Both the position numbers and the translations under genes were made by a program. Of a stretch of 63,986 nucleotides of DNA, positions 28,301 through 43,300 are shown one piece after another. This DNA comes from Phoronis australis. Lineage: Eukaryota; Animalia; Phoronida. Where the stretch lies: positions 11,266-75,251 of the forward strand of contig NMRA01000737.1 of assembly GCA_002633005.1 (NCBI GenBank). Direction: 5' to 3'. The first letter of the stretch is position 1, and the number at the start of each line of letters is the position of its first letter. The notes under the pieces are model-generated. The model saw only the letters and a program-made list of their open reading frames with translations. It was not told the DNA's origin and made no database searches.

Positions 28301-31300
28301 AGACAAAATATGACTGTTCAGAAAAGCAAAAACCCTCACATACTCTTGCAGATTTTATTATTATTTTTTATTTCCTAGGTACCCCTCATACTATGGGAGC
28401 TATGTGGAACGTAATTGAAATGGACAGTTTGATGGCTGACTATGAACTCGGACTGTTCTCATCTGACGCCCTCGTTAACAGCGTCGTCAACTACACCAGC
28501 ATGGGGCTCACCGATAAAGGCGTACTGAAGTTCAACAATCTGTCCGACGGAGACTATTACGTTGCGCTCCGTGCCACCAATGTGGCAGGTTTAAGCAGTG
28601 TTAGGTCGTGTCGGCTTACAGTAAGTAAGAATAAATCTATTTTCTGTTCAGCGTCAAGGAGAACTTGAATGTGCAGACCCTGTGGGGAACATTCCCCTTT
28701 TTTGACCGAGATAAATTTGAACATCCTTTAGTTGAACTGTTATGTTCTAAGTTCATTTAAATAAATGTGATTTTTGCCTCAAATAAATTTGGATGAACAT
28801 TGTTCAGCTGTTATAACTATTCCAGACGAAGTGTAAATACATCTTTAACAATACATATTGGTATGATTTTATATCTCAAGTGCTAATAGTACGTCGGACT
28901 AAATCAAGTTTCTGCTCAGTGCCTTGGAGAAAGACAGTGCAAACCTAGTGGAGAACATTTGACCGAGATAAATTTGGATAGATTCTTTATTTTAAGTGTT
29001 ACATTTTAAGTTTATGTAAATATAAATGACCTGATAAGTACTCCAATGGTATATGTACATATATGCCATTATCTAATGTTTTGTACCTCTTATTTAGTGT
29101 TCTACGTCTGTCAGTGAGTGTAATTTGTTGTAATGTCTCCAAGGAACACTGATGAGATGAAAGTACAAATTAATCTAGAATGCATTTTGTTGTTTTCAAT
29201 TACATAATGCTATGAAAGTTGAATTCGGGACGTGACTATTGTCTATGGTTTGACAACGTTGATGGCATCCCTTTTGAGTCACTCTGGAGTGGTATTTTTA
29301 GCTCAGCACGAGCACCCCTGATTTGTCAGCTGTGGTGGTAAAAATGCCTGGTACTAAAGAAGACCCTAATATGGGTAACGGAATTCTGGTCCAGGAATCT
29401 CAGGATGAGATTCAGGTGAACTGGGGTGATGTGCCAACGACTGCCAAGTGGGTTGGTGAGTGGTAGAGATTTGGTTTGCATTCTTCTGATGTGTAAACAA
29501 TATTTCTCTAGAAAGTAAAATGCGAATTGCACAGATTTTAATCAATTTTGGTGAATTTAAGGTTGAAAGTTTGAGTCGTTACATCTTGGTTATAATTTTT
29601 GTAATTAACATTTAGTTGATCCCTCGTGTATGGTCACATGTTCGTGATACAATATGGTCACATGTTCGTGATACAATCTCTGCTGTATCACACTGATCAA
29701 ACTGAACCGTCATACATTGTGGCAAGAGCTCGTCCAACTTGTGCACAGTCTGTTTGGTTTATACCCAGAATGCATCAAAACACATTTCCTTAGAATTAAT
29801 TTTTCAATTCTCTGTATTGACTAAATCGGCATATGGTAATTCGAAGGGTTTTGAGAATTTAAATCACAACTGTACAGTACATTCTCAACAAATAATGTTT
29901 GTTCCAGATATGCAGGTTGACATGTCCGACTCATCTAATCGCCCGTTCCTGCCTAAAGCCAAGGTTGGAGTCCAGACAAGCCACAAAGTAATACTAAAAA
30001 ATGGGCAAATATGTTCGAATGGTATGTGAAGTTCACTTGTTGTTTATATTTGGATTTTTCTGCTCAGGACTAAATATTTATTTTGATGTGATGTTGTTAA
30101 AAGTGTTGGCATGCATCATATTGGTGTCTGCATTTAGTTGCAGTGAGTCTGAGTTAAATTTTATTTTCACGGTTCAGTACAGTTGAGGAATATTTTGTGT
30201 GCAAAGGGTAGTGCCTGATCCTCTTAAGGAGAACTGGGGGAATGATTCCTGACACCCATGGTGCGTTTTGTTAAAGGCGTACGTTCAGTCCTGACTGAAA
30301 CGTTCACAAGTGCATTTGTTTCCAACGCCAGGCTGCAACTCTTTATTTAACAAACCGTTGGCAAAGCTGGTGATGAGTTGACAATTTTTCATATTTGGAC
30401 TTAATGACAGCCTTTAGTGAGCCACTTAAACTGGATTTTATATTTGTCTTAGCTATACAGCAGACTAATGATAAAACAGGCCCTGATGCCTTGCCATCTC
30501 ATAGCTGTAGCCTTTACCCACAGCCGATGTATAGTTCATTAGAATAGTTTGTTCAAACTGAATGAACTCTAGTGAATCTGCTCCACTGTTTACCAACTCA
30601 GTTGTCAACATAAAAGCTTGCTGTAGAAGGAGAAGTCAGGGCGCCACCTGTTGTTAGGCCGCTAAGTGTTCCTTGATGTCCTCTCATTCTGCCACCCCTT
30701 CAGTGTTGCACATTTGACGTAATATTTAACTATAAAAACATTGAGCTGTGATGGTGTCTCAACGAGGCCTCACAATAAAATATAATATGGACAAAATCGT
30801 TATTTGTTGGGCATTAAATTTCCATTTTTCGAGCTCAAAAGTCTCTTGTCAAAAAAAACCTCACGTCTTCTGTGATTTTGCACTGTTTGCCCATAATGCA
30901 ATTGTTCTCTGCATGGTGCACTACTAACTCCGTCCATAAAAAAGGAGAGCCAAATCCCAAATCCAGGATGTAGGAATTAAAAGCCCTCAGATGGATTCCC
31001 TGATAATAAGTGTAATTGTATTATGCTAACGATAATAACTAGAAAAACTGATATCAATTGTGTAGTAAAGAGTAACATAATTATAGCAACATTATTTAGT
31101 GACAAAACAGTTTACAGGGATTGAGGCAGTGCGAAATGATTGACCAATCAAAAGCCTTTTAGTTACTTGAATTTTTTGTAATAATGAAACATCTCTGCTG
31201 CCTTTCAGAGGCAACTTGTGGTCAGAAGTTATCCGACCTTAAGAAGAAAACGCCCGCTGACGCCGATGCTGTGGCCAAGAATAAGTTCGGCTCCAATAAG

Positions 31301-34300
31301 ATGAAATTGGAGCCAGGCTCGTGTATGACCGTGAAACTAGAAGTGGAGGGAAAGAACCATTTGCGTACTGACCTTGAGAAGAAAGAGATTTGTGTGAAAC
31401 GTAAGGCATAACCTGGTGCATTCTTTAACCGGGCAGAGGGTCTTATCTTTGTACTCAATATGGCGGGTTTCTAATGTTAGAGCTTCAAACATGACTCCAG
31501 GGACCAGGTCTAATCCTTGTACTCTGAATGGTGGATTTCTAATCTTTGTGAAATTTTACTTGAAATCTTGAGCTTTTACTGTATTTTGTAGCACAAATAT
31601 AGTGGTCATCAAGGGCAAACTTGGGCTAGGCAATCATATGCACCAACCATAATGTACTGGAGCACACACTGACACTTACCTTGAGTTTTCACAAACTGAC
31701 ACCTTGAGTTTTCAGAAAACTGCACAGAAAATGCAACAGGTAATTTTGAGTTTGATTTCAAGCACAAAGATTCGATCCCCGGCCACCAGATGGTGATATC
31801 TGTTAATGACTGTTGCCATTTGCCTATTTTCAGGTGGATCCAAATAAAATATTGTGTCGCCTAGGAACACTTTTATTTTTTGCTTCTGACTATTTTTCTT
31901 TGAATCTTGTAATTTTTCAGTTGATGAAACAGTTTTGTGCTATGGGGATGGACTGGTATCTGTCTGTTTTGCTGTATTTTGATGTACATTTCAATTGGTG
32001 TATCCTGCCTGTGGTTATTCTTGTCTTACATACCACCTGTCTCTTTGTTAGGAATAATCTTTGACCATGAAATTTAGCAAAATGTGTTAGTGATTAAACT
32101 GACGACTGTGCCTGTCTGTGTAGTTTTTGGACGAACCCTATCACTGCTGCACTCTCTAGTGAACCTAACCCTATCACTGCTGCACTCTCAAGTGAACCTA
32201 ATTCTAATGATGTTTTGACATTTGTCATTTTTTACCCCGTGTATTTGACATGCTGATTGCGATGCACTAGGTTGGTGTCATCATTGATGGTGCTCCTGTG
32301 TTTCATAAGCACACAGATCTTTTTGTGGTTGTTTATTTTTTGATGTTCAATTATGAGCCCAAATACTCTGAGGTTTAAAAATCTCATGATACTCATGATA
32401 TTCATGATATTCATTCAATCCTGAATTTCTGTCAAATGAGTTGGCAACAGAAGTCACAGGCAACAGAAGTCACAGGCAACAGAAGTCACAGGCAACAGAA
32501 GTCGTAGAGCAACTCAACTCACTGGCATGATATACATTGTTTCTCGAGTTGTTGTTGGTTTGGTAATCTCACTGGGAATGCAAATCAAGTCTTACTATGA
32601 TTTTATGAACTAAAAGTGACTTCATTCACTTTTTGGCAAATACTGAGGAAATGCAGTTTTATTATTAATATTTTGGTAATGGTTACCGGTTCTGTTTATC
32701 TTTAACCCATTTGATCTCTGAAGTTTCCATGGAAAACTTTTATGAGGAGAATTGAAGCATGTGACAAGAATGATATTAGAGATAGTTGTTCTTTTCAGGA
32801 GCCTCAGACAAGTCTGCTTCTCTTGGTTCATCCAAGAAGACGTTCGAGATAGCTGGTGGACAGATAACAGCTTCAGGTAATTAGCTTATAAGATACAGTC
32901 ACATAGTTTCTTCCAAAGGATGGATTCACTGGTGAGTCAATTTCTCATTTCCAACGAATTTTTTCATTGGTATCATGGAGGAGGGGGTTACACACAGTGT
33001 TTGTCCAATGCACACCTGAAGGTTTTTTCCTTGAACTCCTTGAAAAATAGGAGAAGTTGTGCACATTTAGCTTGTACCTTAGTCTAAGAATTCCATGAAT
33101 GCTCCACTGGATTTTTCAAAAGTTTTCTTGCTCAAGTGTTTTGCATATTGAGCACATGCACCTGTGTGCATATGCACCTGTGTGCACATGCACCTGTGTG
33201 CACATGCACCTGTGTGCACATGCACCTGTGTGCACATGCACCTGTGTGCACATGCACCTGTGTGCACATGCACCTGTGTGCACATGCACCTGTGTGCACA
33301 TGCACCTGTGTGCACATGCACCTGTGTGCATCACTTAATATTACACTCACGCGACAATTTCTTGTTCATGTCTTAAATTGAACATTTTCATCTATTTTTG
33401 TCCATTCTTTGTACTTATCAAGTTAAAAAATATAAATCCAACTTCACTCTGGCACATTTATAATTTTCTGTTTTCCTTGGATTTACTCATGAGGGTGAGT
33501 GTTTCTCACTAAGCATAACACATAAGGAGTGTAACACATTGTTTTTATGGGCGCAGCTTCACATATTGTATAAGCCTAATTCAAGGTTTGAGCATTTATT
33601 CCATCGAATATTTGAACTTAGTTCATTAAAAAAATTTTCATTCCTATCTTGACTGACGATTTATTTTCAGTTGACCTTCGGTCATGCTGTTAATTATTGA
33701 TATTAATTTTTTTACAATCCTTTGTACAATCAACATCTTAGGCGTACACTGGCTACATAACGGAATGAGTCTACCGCATGAAATGTTGTGCACATCAAGT
33801 CAAAGTATAGTTAGTACAAGTGAACTTTTGATAAGTGGTACCTAACACTTCCGATTTCAGGATATCAAAATGCCATCATAATTTAGCCTGGCTATGATGT
33901 GACATGTAAAAAGAAAATTTGATAATATTCTTTCTAGTTTCTTGGAAGATTAGCATTTATTGCTAGTATTTCTAGGGGTCCCTAATAATTGAAATTATTA
34001 TTTTCATCTTTATTTGGTGTTTTTGTGAATTTCAAGTTTGTCCTCCACTATACTTGTTTTTCCTTAATTCCATCTGCAGGGAGTGGTGGTTTGCTGTATG
34101 GTGAGTTATCAAAAGATGACCTTGCTGCAGAATATGGTTCAGCGGCCACCGACGCCCCCAGTTATATTTATGACATGGAGAGTAACAAGAAGAATCGCGG
34201 TACACAGTCACGAAGGATTATGTTCCGGTAAGTCAAAGAAATGGCCACACACGTGTAACGGGTCGTACTCAAATGGCGGATGATAACCCAGAGCTGTGTC

Positions 34301-37300
34301 AGGATCAGCGAGTACCAGTTGTAAGGTATGAGTGTAGTTGTACCAGTTGTAAGGTCTGAGTGTAGTTGTACCAGTTGTAAGGTCTGAGTGTAGTTGTACC
34401 AGTTGTAAGGTAAGAGTGTAGTTGTACCAGTTGTAAGGTCTGAGTGTAGTTGTACCAGTTGTAAGGTCTGAGTGTAGTTGTACCAGTTGTACGGTCCGAG
34501 TGTAGTTTTAGTTAGGAAGTGACTTGTTTTAACGTTGTACACGTCACCTAATTTTGGTTGATGTGAATAACATGCTGTTGATAGGTGATCATCATCCTTT
34601 ATAGTCTCAATCATGGAAAACTTCTCATTTCAGTGTATGTATCATCATGATAGATAATAAATCTTGCATGAGAAATTACAAACAATTTTGATCATAATTG
34701 TACTCTTCATATGATGTCATGGTAACGGTTGGTAAATCATGATCAGTCAAACATCCATGTTTCTCCTAGTCATGCATTAGTACATAGGCCCCTACTCATG
34801 CATTGTTAAATAGGTCCCTGATCGTGCATTGTTAAATAGGTCCCTGATTATGCATTATGGGTCCTTTGCTCACTCATTATCTTGTGAAATTTTAAGCAAG
34901 TGATTCCTGTGAACACGATAATAGATGACCTTTGGAGCCATCCAACTACCACATACTGTTCTTCCAAGTGGCAAATTCATTTTTTGCGTAGCTTTTGTGT
35001 CTTCGGGGCTCCTTGAGAGATTTTCCTGAAATTAGGCAAACAAGTTTTTGTAGGAAAATGATGACCCCTGCCTATTTTTGGACGAGTTCACTCTATTTGG
35101 TGCCATCTAGCGGCCAGTTTTATGTTACTAAGAAACAGCCCTTGAGGTGTTCTGTTTGCAGTGCTGTGTGGATGTGTGTAAAGCGTTGGTCTTGTTACTA
35201 AAGGTAACATCTAACACTTTTGTTTGCTTTCCCTTTAAAATAACCAAACCGGTATATATGCCTGCACTCTTCAACAACAGACCAAATATTTGTGTTGGTG
35301 AATGATCACTAACAATATTTTGGAAAATCGACTTTGGTGCTCTGTGGCGAGGCAAGTCATTTTTTTTAATTTTTATGGTAATACTGACTATATGTTGTCA
35401 AGGAAACTTAAAAGTGAAACAGGTAGCTCCAAACAAACGTTCATTTTAATATAATCTGTTCAGATTGTCTTTCTGTTTTTTTGTTTAAATCAACAGACTT
35501 TCTGATGTTATTTTTAAAAATATTCTTACAAGCAGTAGTTGTTGGTGTAATTCTGATGTGGAAATGCGATAAAATCTTGCCACACAAAAGCATTCATTTG
35601 ACTAAATAGCTATGATTTTCTAAATTCTGTTTTAGTGTTGCTGTTTCTATAGGTGTTGCTCTAAACACTACTGTTGAATTTGTGACAGCTTATTCACAAA
35701 TAAACAACTAGTGGCCTTGTGCAATAATTGTAATACAATGAATATTTATTAAACTGTGACTATATTTCGAGAAAAATTGTCAAAACTGCCAATGAAATAA
35801 ATCTAGTAAGAAGTTCGTCATAGTTTGGCAGACTTCTCTGTCCAAGTGTGTCAAAGTTAACTTACTGCTTATAATAAGTGACCAGAAACTTGACCTCTTG
35901 ACCTTCAAAGATACAACTAAAAATAGCCCAAGTTGATGTGAGACTTGCCCACAGTTAGTTACATGTAAGTCTCATTGCTCTCACTGTTGAAGTTTGTGGA
36001 TGTGAAAATAATGTTTGATTTGTGTAAGTATGGGACATCATCGGGAACGGCTGATTGGATTCATGTGTAAATTTCAAAATTTCTAAGAATATTTTCTTTC
36101 AAAGTGTTTCATTTTTGCACTATGGGCCATTAAAAATAGGACTTTCATGGTTTATATGGAAAAACTCAAATGATGTGTAAATGGAAATGAAAATGATATT
36201 GTAGAAAACTGTAGCTGCAGCATCTTTCGGACTTCGTTGATGGACATTAATATCCATGTTATCAATACCATTGTTTAGCCATTATTGTACCTTAAACCTT
36301 TTTTCCTAAGTTTTGCTAAAAGACATGGTGACATGACCAAATTAATGGCAGGATTGTATAAAATAAAAAAAATCACATTCTGCATGTTTTCTGTTTTGAT
36401 TATTACTTTTACCAAGTTAACGTGTATTGTTTTGTGGATATTGTGTTAAACACACCAATTTGTTGGTGCCGTCCTATGACCTTAAGTGAAATGAGTAGCC
36501 CTGTTTTCAAATTGAGTTGCAAGTTGATTTAAATTTTGTCATATTTAGTTCTTTTAAATTCCTCATTTGTTGTTTATTTCAGATTGAATACCGTTGTAAA
36601 GTCTATCTACATTGCTGGAACATCCCTGACTACAATGGACTTTATGGAGCTTACGATGCCCTTCGACAACTCCACCTTGGCTCACGATGAGATACCAGCC
36701 ATCCTTTATTATGATCCAGGTACTATTCTCAGTGTTTGCTGCATAACTAGTGTTCCAAGGTACTATTCATAGTACCATTCTTAGTGTTTACTGCATAACT
36801 AGTGTTCCAAGGTTCTATTCTCAGTGTTTGCTGTATAACTAGTGTTTCAAGGTACTATTCTTAATGTTTGCTGCATAACTAGACAAGTATTCCAAATTAA
36901 TAGCGTTTCTGCATAACTAGTGCTCCAAAGGTACTATTCTCAGTGTTTACTGCATAACTAGTGTTCCAAGGTACCATATTCAGTGTTTGCTGCTTAACTA
37001 GTGTTCCAAAGGTACTATATAATTCTCAATGTTTGTTGCAATATTTCATAACTAGTGTTCCAAGGTACCATTTTCAGTGTTTGCTGCATAACTAGTGTTT
37101 CAAAGGTACTATTCTTAGTGTTTGCTGCATAACTAGTGTTCCAAGGTACTATTCTTAGTGTTTGCTGCATAATTGAAATGTCCCAGGTGATCCAAGTATT
37201 AACATTGCCATTCAGACAAGTCATTTTTTCTCGTATTTCAAATCTCTTCCACCAAAAGCATAGCATTAACGTGACAAAGCTTTGACTGATTTTTTGTTTT

Positions 37301-40300
37301 TACCTTCAGTTGCTGGAATGTTCAAGGAGTTGTGTGAGTCTTGCAACTCTTGCAGCAGGAATTACGTGAAGCAAGTTGACTGGCAGAAGAAAACAGTTTC
37401 AGATAGGGTATGTAATGGTATATGGATGAGTGCATTTTTGAAAAGGAATTGATGAAATTTCTAATCTAAAAATTATTGAAATAGCAATGTCCATTTTTCT
37501 AGAAAATAAGGCAATTAATTAATGAGGCAAATTAAAACTATTAGTACATGGCAAGTGGAAAATTAATGCAATAAATTGTTGTAAAAATTAAAGTTTCAAT
37601 GTTTTTCCATAATGGAATATGAAGACCATGTGCCGGCACCATTTTGTTGTCGACTAGGGGCTTTTCAAGTTTTGTTTGGAGGAAGAGTGTTTCCGGATGA
37701 TATCTAGAGGCTAATTGACAGATTTCAATGAATTTTGACTCAAAAGTGTAATTATAATAATTAACATTGCGATGGCACCATTTGATTTTCTAGCTGATTT
37801 TAGTAGTGACTGCAAGCCCTCTTAGTGGCCCTTAGTAACATGACAGCGTCACTTTGTGATGCACGGTGGGTGCTTGTCAACACCCCAGCGTTGCTGTTGT
37901 TAAGATAAGACAGAATTCGCCTTCAAGATATTTTGATTGAATAACTATTTGTTTTCAGGTTTAACTAGTGACAATAAGAGGTGGCTTTGAAGCCAAGTAT
38001 CGAAACTGTATGAAATATTAGTTTAAGGTACTGAAATTGCTGTCAAGCAGTTATGTCCAGCTGTGTATCGTAACGTTGAACCGTTGTGAGAGCCGACGGT
38101 CTGGGTCCAACAGCAAACAACAGATCTATTCAGCTGATTACATTTTCTGCTCATGAAGCCGATAGTTTGATGATAAGAGCTGCCTGAAGAAATATGCCTT
38201 GTGCGTTTACATTTTTGCCCTTACCAGTGATGTGTAAAAGTGTAAGAATTAAAATCCTCATAAAAACCTGAACATCAGCTTTCTTTTCTTCTAATATCAA
38301 TGAAGTTTTGGAGGAAATCTTTCAAATTCACTCCAGGTCAGAATCATCACAAAAGATTCCTAGTACCCAGTAAAGTGGTTTCACTGTAAACAAAGAAAGA
38401 TGTCAAAATTGACTTACAGTTAACAGTACAAAACTGAAACTATTTTCATGTTATTTTGCCAATATAAGTAAACGCAATAGCTAAGCAGTAAAACTGCAAA
38501 TTTAAGTTAGTGTAAAATCTGCAAGATCCTATACTCATGCAATATAGTGAGTAGTTGGTCATTACACTACAGCAAGATGCTATACTCATGCAATATAGTG
38601 AGTAGTTGGTCATTACGCTACAGCATGATCCTATACTCATGCAATATAGTGAGTAGTTGGTCATTACGCTACAGCAAGATGCTATACTCATGCAATATAG
38701 TGAGTAGTTGGTCATTACGCTACAGCAAGATGCCATACTCATGCAATATAGTGAGTAGTTGGTCATTATGCTACAGCAAGATCCTATACTCACGCAATAT
38801 ATTGAGTAGTTGGTCATTATGCTACAACAAGGGATAATGGCCATGGTCTTTTTTTGCTTACTACTGAAGTATTGAATATACCATTTCAAAATAAAAGATG
38901 GGCTAAAACTTTAGGCGGTACATATTTGCTCTCCATTTTTAACATTGGTCATAGTGAACACAGCTCTAAAAATCGCGGATCGTCCTTGTGCTCACTGAAT
39001 TGAGACTTAAGTCACTCGAAACAAGTTGACAGCCATATGGTATAGAAGAGAGTAATTCAATCGTAATTTCTCCTGTGAGTCTGCACCCATGTGATAAATG
39101 AGAGTAGTCCTGCTTGCGGCATCAGCTCTATGTATCATTATTTCTTCTAGGACCCACAATGTGTGACTGGACAAAGTCTTAAGTTTTCAAATTAGTGTAG
39201 ATAAGCCAGTGGAGCTTGAGACCCCTGAGGTCCTTTTCAAGTCATGACAATTCCAGGTTATGCTATTTATTCTTGACGGTAACATGGACTTCCTCAGTTA
39301 GATCACTTTTGGCCAAGTGTGTCCATCAATTTCAGCTTTCCGTGCAAAGGTCAAGGTCAAGGTCATTATTGCTCAATACATTCGTCTGTTGTGTTGTCAG
39401 ACTCGTTTGCTCTACACAATGGTCACTGTCCATATTTTACAAACCAAATGCCACCTTTTGGCTGAAAATCTCATAGTGTGTACTCACACTCCTAAATTTC
39501 TAGTATCTGAGGTCACATTTTTCTGTTATAGATTTGTTCAACTTGGACACAGATAAACAGCAGTTCATCATCTTCAACTCGTCGCAAGAGAAGTGTTTCA
39601 GTTAAAGGCCTTGACCCAACTCAACTAACTCAAGCAAGTGTGAAGCGTGAACCATTCAATGCTAAACCGTACTTGACCAATGTTCAGGTAGAGAAAATGG
39701 CTTTTATTAATTACATCGTATTAAATGTTTCATATTTTGATAGTTGGACATTTTCAACAACATTTTACTAGAAAGTGTTGTAATGATGCTGACTTCCTTA
39801 AAGCATCCTTTTACCCATGATTAACTCAGCTGATTGTGCATCACTGCCACCTGTGGAATGAATCGAACATTGCAAGTGAGAGCATTTTGAATGGATATTT
39901 GTGGGGTCATTTATACAGTCATCTCCTCAATAGTAACATTTACTTGTAAGCGATTGATAATTTGCCATATTTCTAAAATTTCATGCACAATCTGACCTAG
40001 AGAGCAATAGAATTAACATTCCATTGTCGTTAACTGAAAATTTTCATGCATTACATTATTTTGCAATTGTGATTCTTGAATTTTGGATACGGAACCAGTG
40101 ATGCATATTTTTGAAGTTTGATGCCGTCTCAGCATTGAGCTTAGTAATGTTGGTACATTGTCTCAAAGTGTAGAATTTTTACTGAATTCCCCATATTTTT
40201 CACTCTTTTATACACTTTAAATAATAAATATTGAACACACACATTTTGATATAGATTGAAGGTGATTTTCATGGAAAAAGCCCCAAAATTCTGCTGATAA

Positions 40301-43300
40301 TTTTTTCTATTTGCATACACCCGCACTATTCCGTTGATAACAAAATGATATAGCACAAGTTATGGAAAGATTGTTCAGCGTCTCAAGTCGGCCGTTTTTG
40401 GCAGCGTGTCAACTTGGCAGATGTATTTGATATAGCAGCGCCTGTTCTTCAATTTGAAAAAGTGCATCAAGTTGTGCTTACTGGCTGATGGGAGACATTT
40501 GCAATACCTAGAGTGAAAGTGCTTAAAGTTATAGCTGAATACTTGTCTCAGTTGACAGATCAACTAACCTATCTTTACACAGACATTCCATGCCTTCTCG
40601 TGTTTCATTACAGAAAATGCAACAACAGTCGGGACAACCATTAGGGTGACAACAACTACGCTAGCATTAAAAACATTCATCGTCAGCATGACCTCAAAAA
40701 ATAAAATTTGCAGTCTCCATAATTTGAAGTTCCTGCCTCTATTGGGACAAAATGTTAGCAAAAGTTTGGGTCTTTTTTGGGAGAATCACCCTGTATCGTT
40801 CTCTCTTGTGTGTACTCATGCAGAACCCATTCAAAGTATATGAAGACTTCCCTGCCACGTTCACACTTGAACATGATGACATAGAAGGGGACCGTATCCA
40901 GGTCAACATCACCAACCAGCCACCCCATGGCAAGGCTTCAGTGTCAGGCTGCTGCACTATTCACTACACTCCGTACAAGGACTTTGCTTCCAATGACATA
41001 ATCAATGTAACACTGACTGAGATCAACTTGCCAGATGGTAAGCTACTTCGCAATGAAGAAATTGAGTTTTGAAGGATATTGCACAAAAAACACCACTAAA
41101 ACTGTTTTTGCACTGTTCAGCTAGTGAAAGTGACAATTGAATGGAGCCATTTACCATGATCATAATGTCGATTACACCATATCTCTTACCGTGACACGTT
41201 TCTGTTGCCGTTACCTATAAGAGTATTGAAACCACCAGCGATTCTTAAAATGCTGCAAAATTTATTAGGGTTAGCTACGCGAAACTTGCGGATTCAAAAA
41301 TGGCGTTTGAACATGAACAGAAGTAAAATGGCACTGGTCTTGGTTTAATAAGTTTTATTTTACTGCTCTGTTTGTTTACTCACATAAAGCACTTGATTGG
41401 CATGGCTGATGAGATCAGGCCAGTAATGATGTAATAGTAGGGAATATTCTAAAAGATTCCAGTATGTTTACTGATTAATATAGAAAATACTTTGGTGAAA
41501 AGTTTCAGAACATTGTAAGAGGCTATGAAATACTCATGGACAGTTAGTGATAGTCAGTAAAAGTTGAAACTGAGGCAGTTGAGTGAATTAAAAGTTAGTT
41601 GAAAGTCAGTTATGAGTTGAAGTTTGAAGCTGAGTCAGTTGAGTCAAGTTCAAGTTTCAATTGAGTAAAAGTTACAGAATCAGCAGTTACAGCATCAGTC
41701 AACAGAGAACCAGCCATAGAGACAGCTTGTTACTGAATCGGCAGTTACGGCATTAGTCAACAGAGAACCAGCCATAGAGACAGCATGTTACTGAATCAGC
41801 AGTTACGGCATTAGTCAACAAAGAACCAATGTAACATTGAAAAGAATGGTAAAATAAAGCAGAACATATGTAAAGCTCAAAATGGTGAACATCATGATGG
41901 CAAAATAATTGCATTATATTCAATGTCAATGTGTACATTTTATGAGGCCACAAGCCCATGATCATTTATATGTGACTGTTGATAAAAGTGTATTGTTTGA
42001 CTATGCTTTGCTTTGTGTTTGTAGACATTACACCCAACGTGGTCCGTACAAACATATCCATGCACCTGGTCAACGACAATGATGAACCAATCCTCTATTT
42101 TGCACCGCATGACTTTACCAAACACTTCAATTATACCACCGAAGGCCGGAAAGGTGCTAAATACGACGTGAGTCAATAGCAGGCAGTGTGTTGACATGGA
42201 AATTCTCCAAGTACAATGCTGTGATCTGAATCAACATTGGAAATATTGCGGGAATTCTTAAAGGGGAACACTAATTCCTTATGTCTGTGATTGCTTGGTC
42301 AAATTAATTAGACACACAACATAAACCAACCATGTGAATATGAAGCACATTACATTGGAAACTGACAAATGTTTTTAAGAACAAGATTTGTTTCGAAAAT
42401 GATCCGCTATAAATCACTCAACCGTGTCCAGTAAGTACAGTATCATGATGTGGTGTTCAGGAATGACAGTGAATGATGTAGGCTATGTGAGCCCCCAAGG
42501 TACATCGTTCAGTGCAGAGTTCACCTATTTGCAGATTTTTTTGTTTTCACATTTGACAAGTTGTCTAAGAGTACAAGAAAGTGCACTTTGCTTAGAATAC
42601 ATGATGTTCAAATAGCATTGCTGTTTAGCCACTGCTATTCATTAGCACAGTTAGGAGCATGCAAATACGCCGTCCTTCAAACACACAGCTCCGACTGCTG
42701 TGTTCCTCGCTGGTGACAGTTTTTGCCATTAGCCTTGTTGTTATCTACAAAGTTCCGTATGGATTTTCATGAAATAAGTTATTATCGCGTAGATGGCAGC
42801 ACCTATCCTGTTTCAGATGGATTTGATGGACGTTGAGTCTCATATTTTTGTAATTCTCATCTTTGTCGTCTGCTTCCCTATCAGCCTCACTGTTTAGAGA
42901 ATCGTCACGGTGATGAAAGATGACAGTTAGTGTTTTGCTAAGTTTATTTTGTGCTGCATCAAGTGGTCTTTCCTTTTTCGCAAACTGTTAAATTCATCGT
43001 TACCACCAAATATTGTTTGGCATATGTGACAAAAGCAATGTTACTATGACTTTTAAAGTGCAAAAACCACCTATAACGCTATGACAATTGAGACATTCCT
43101 GTGACATCTTGAATATTTTGTGAATTATCGTTACTTGTCACTACTGATGAATCCATTCTCTGTTGTTGTATAAACATCACCATACACCATAGTTCAATAT
43201 TCTGGGCCCAGCATGCTACTAAGAGTTCAAGTCACATGACCTCAATTAATGGTCTGTAGTGCCTCAAGGATTAGATGGTTATCTACTAGGAGTTAGTCAT

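Noticed and set aside
33079-33381. Metallothionein-like Cys/His ORFs
   Set aside because: Six-frame read-through of a 16-bp satellite.
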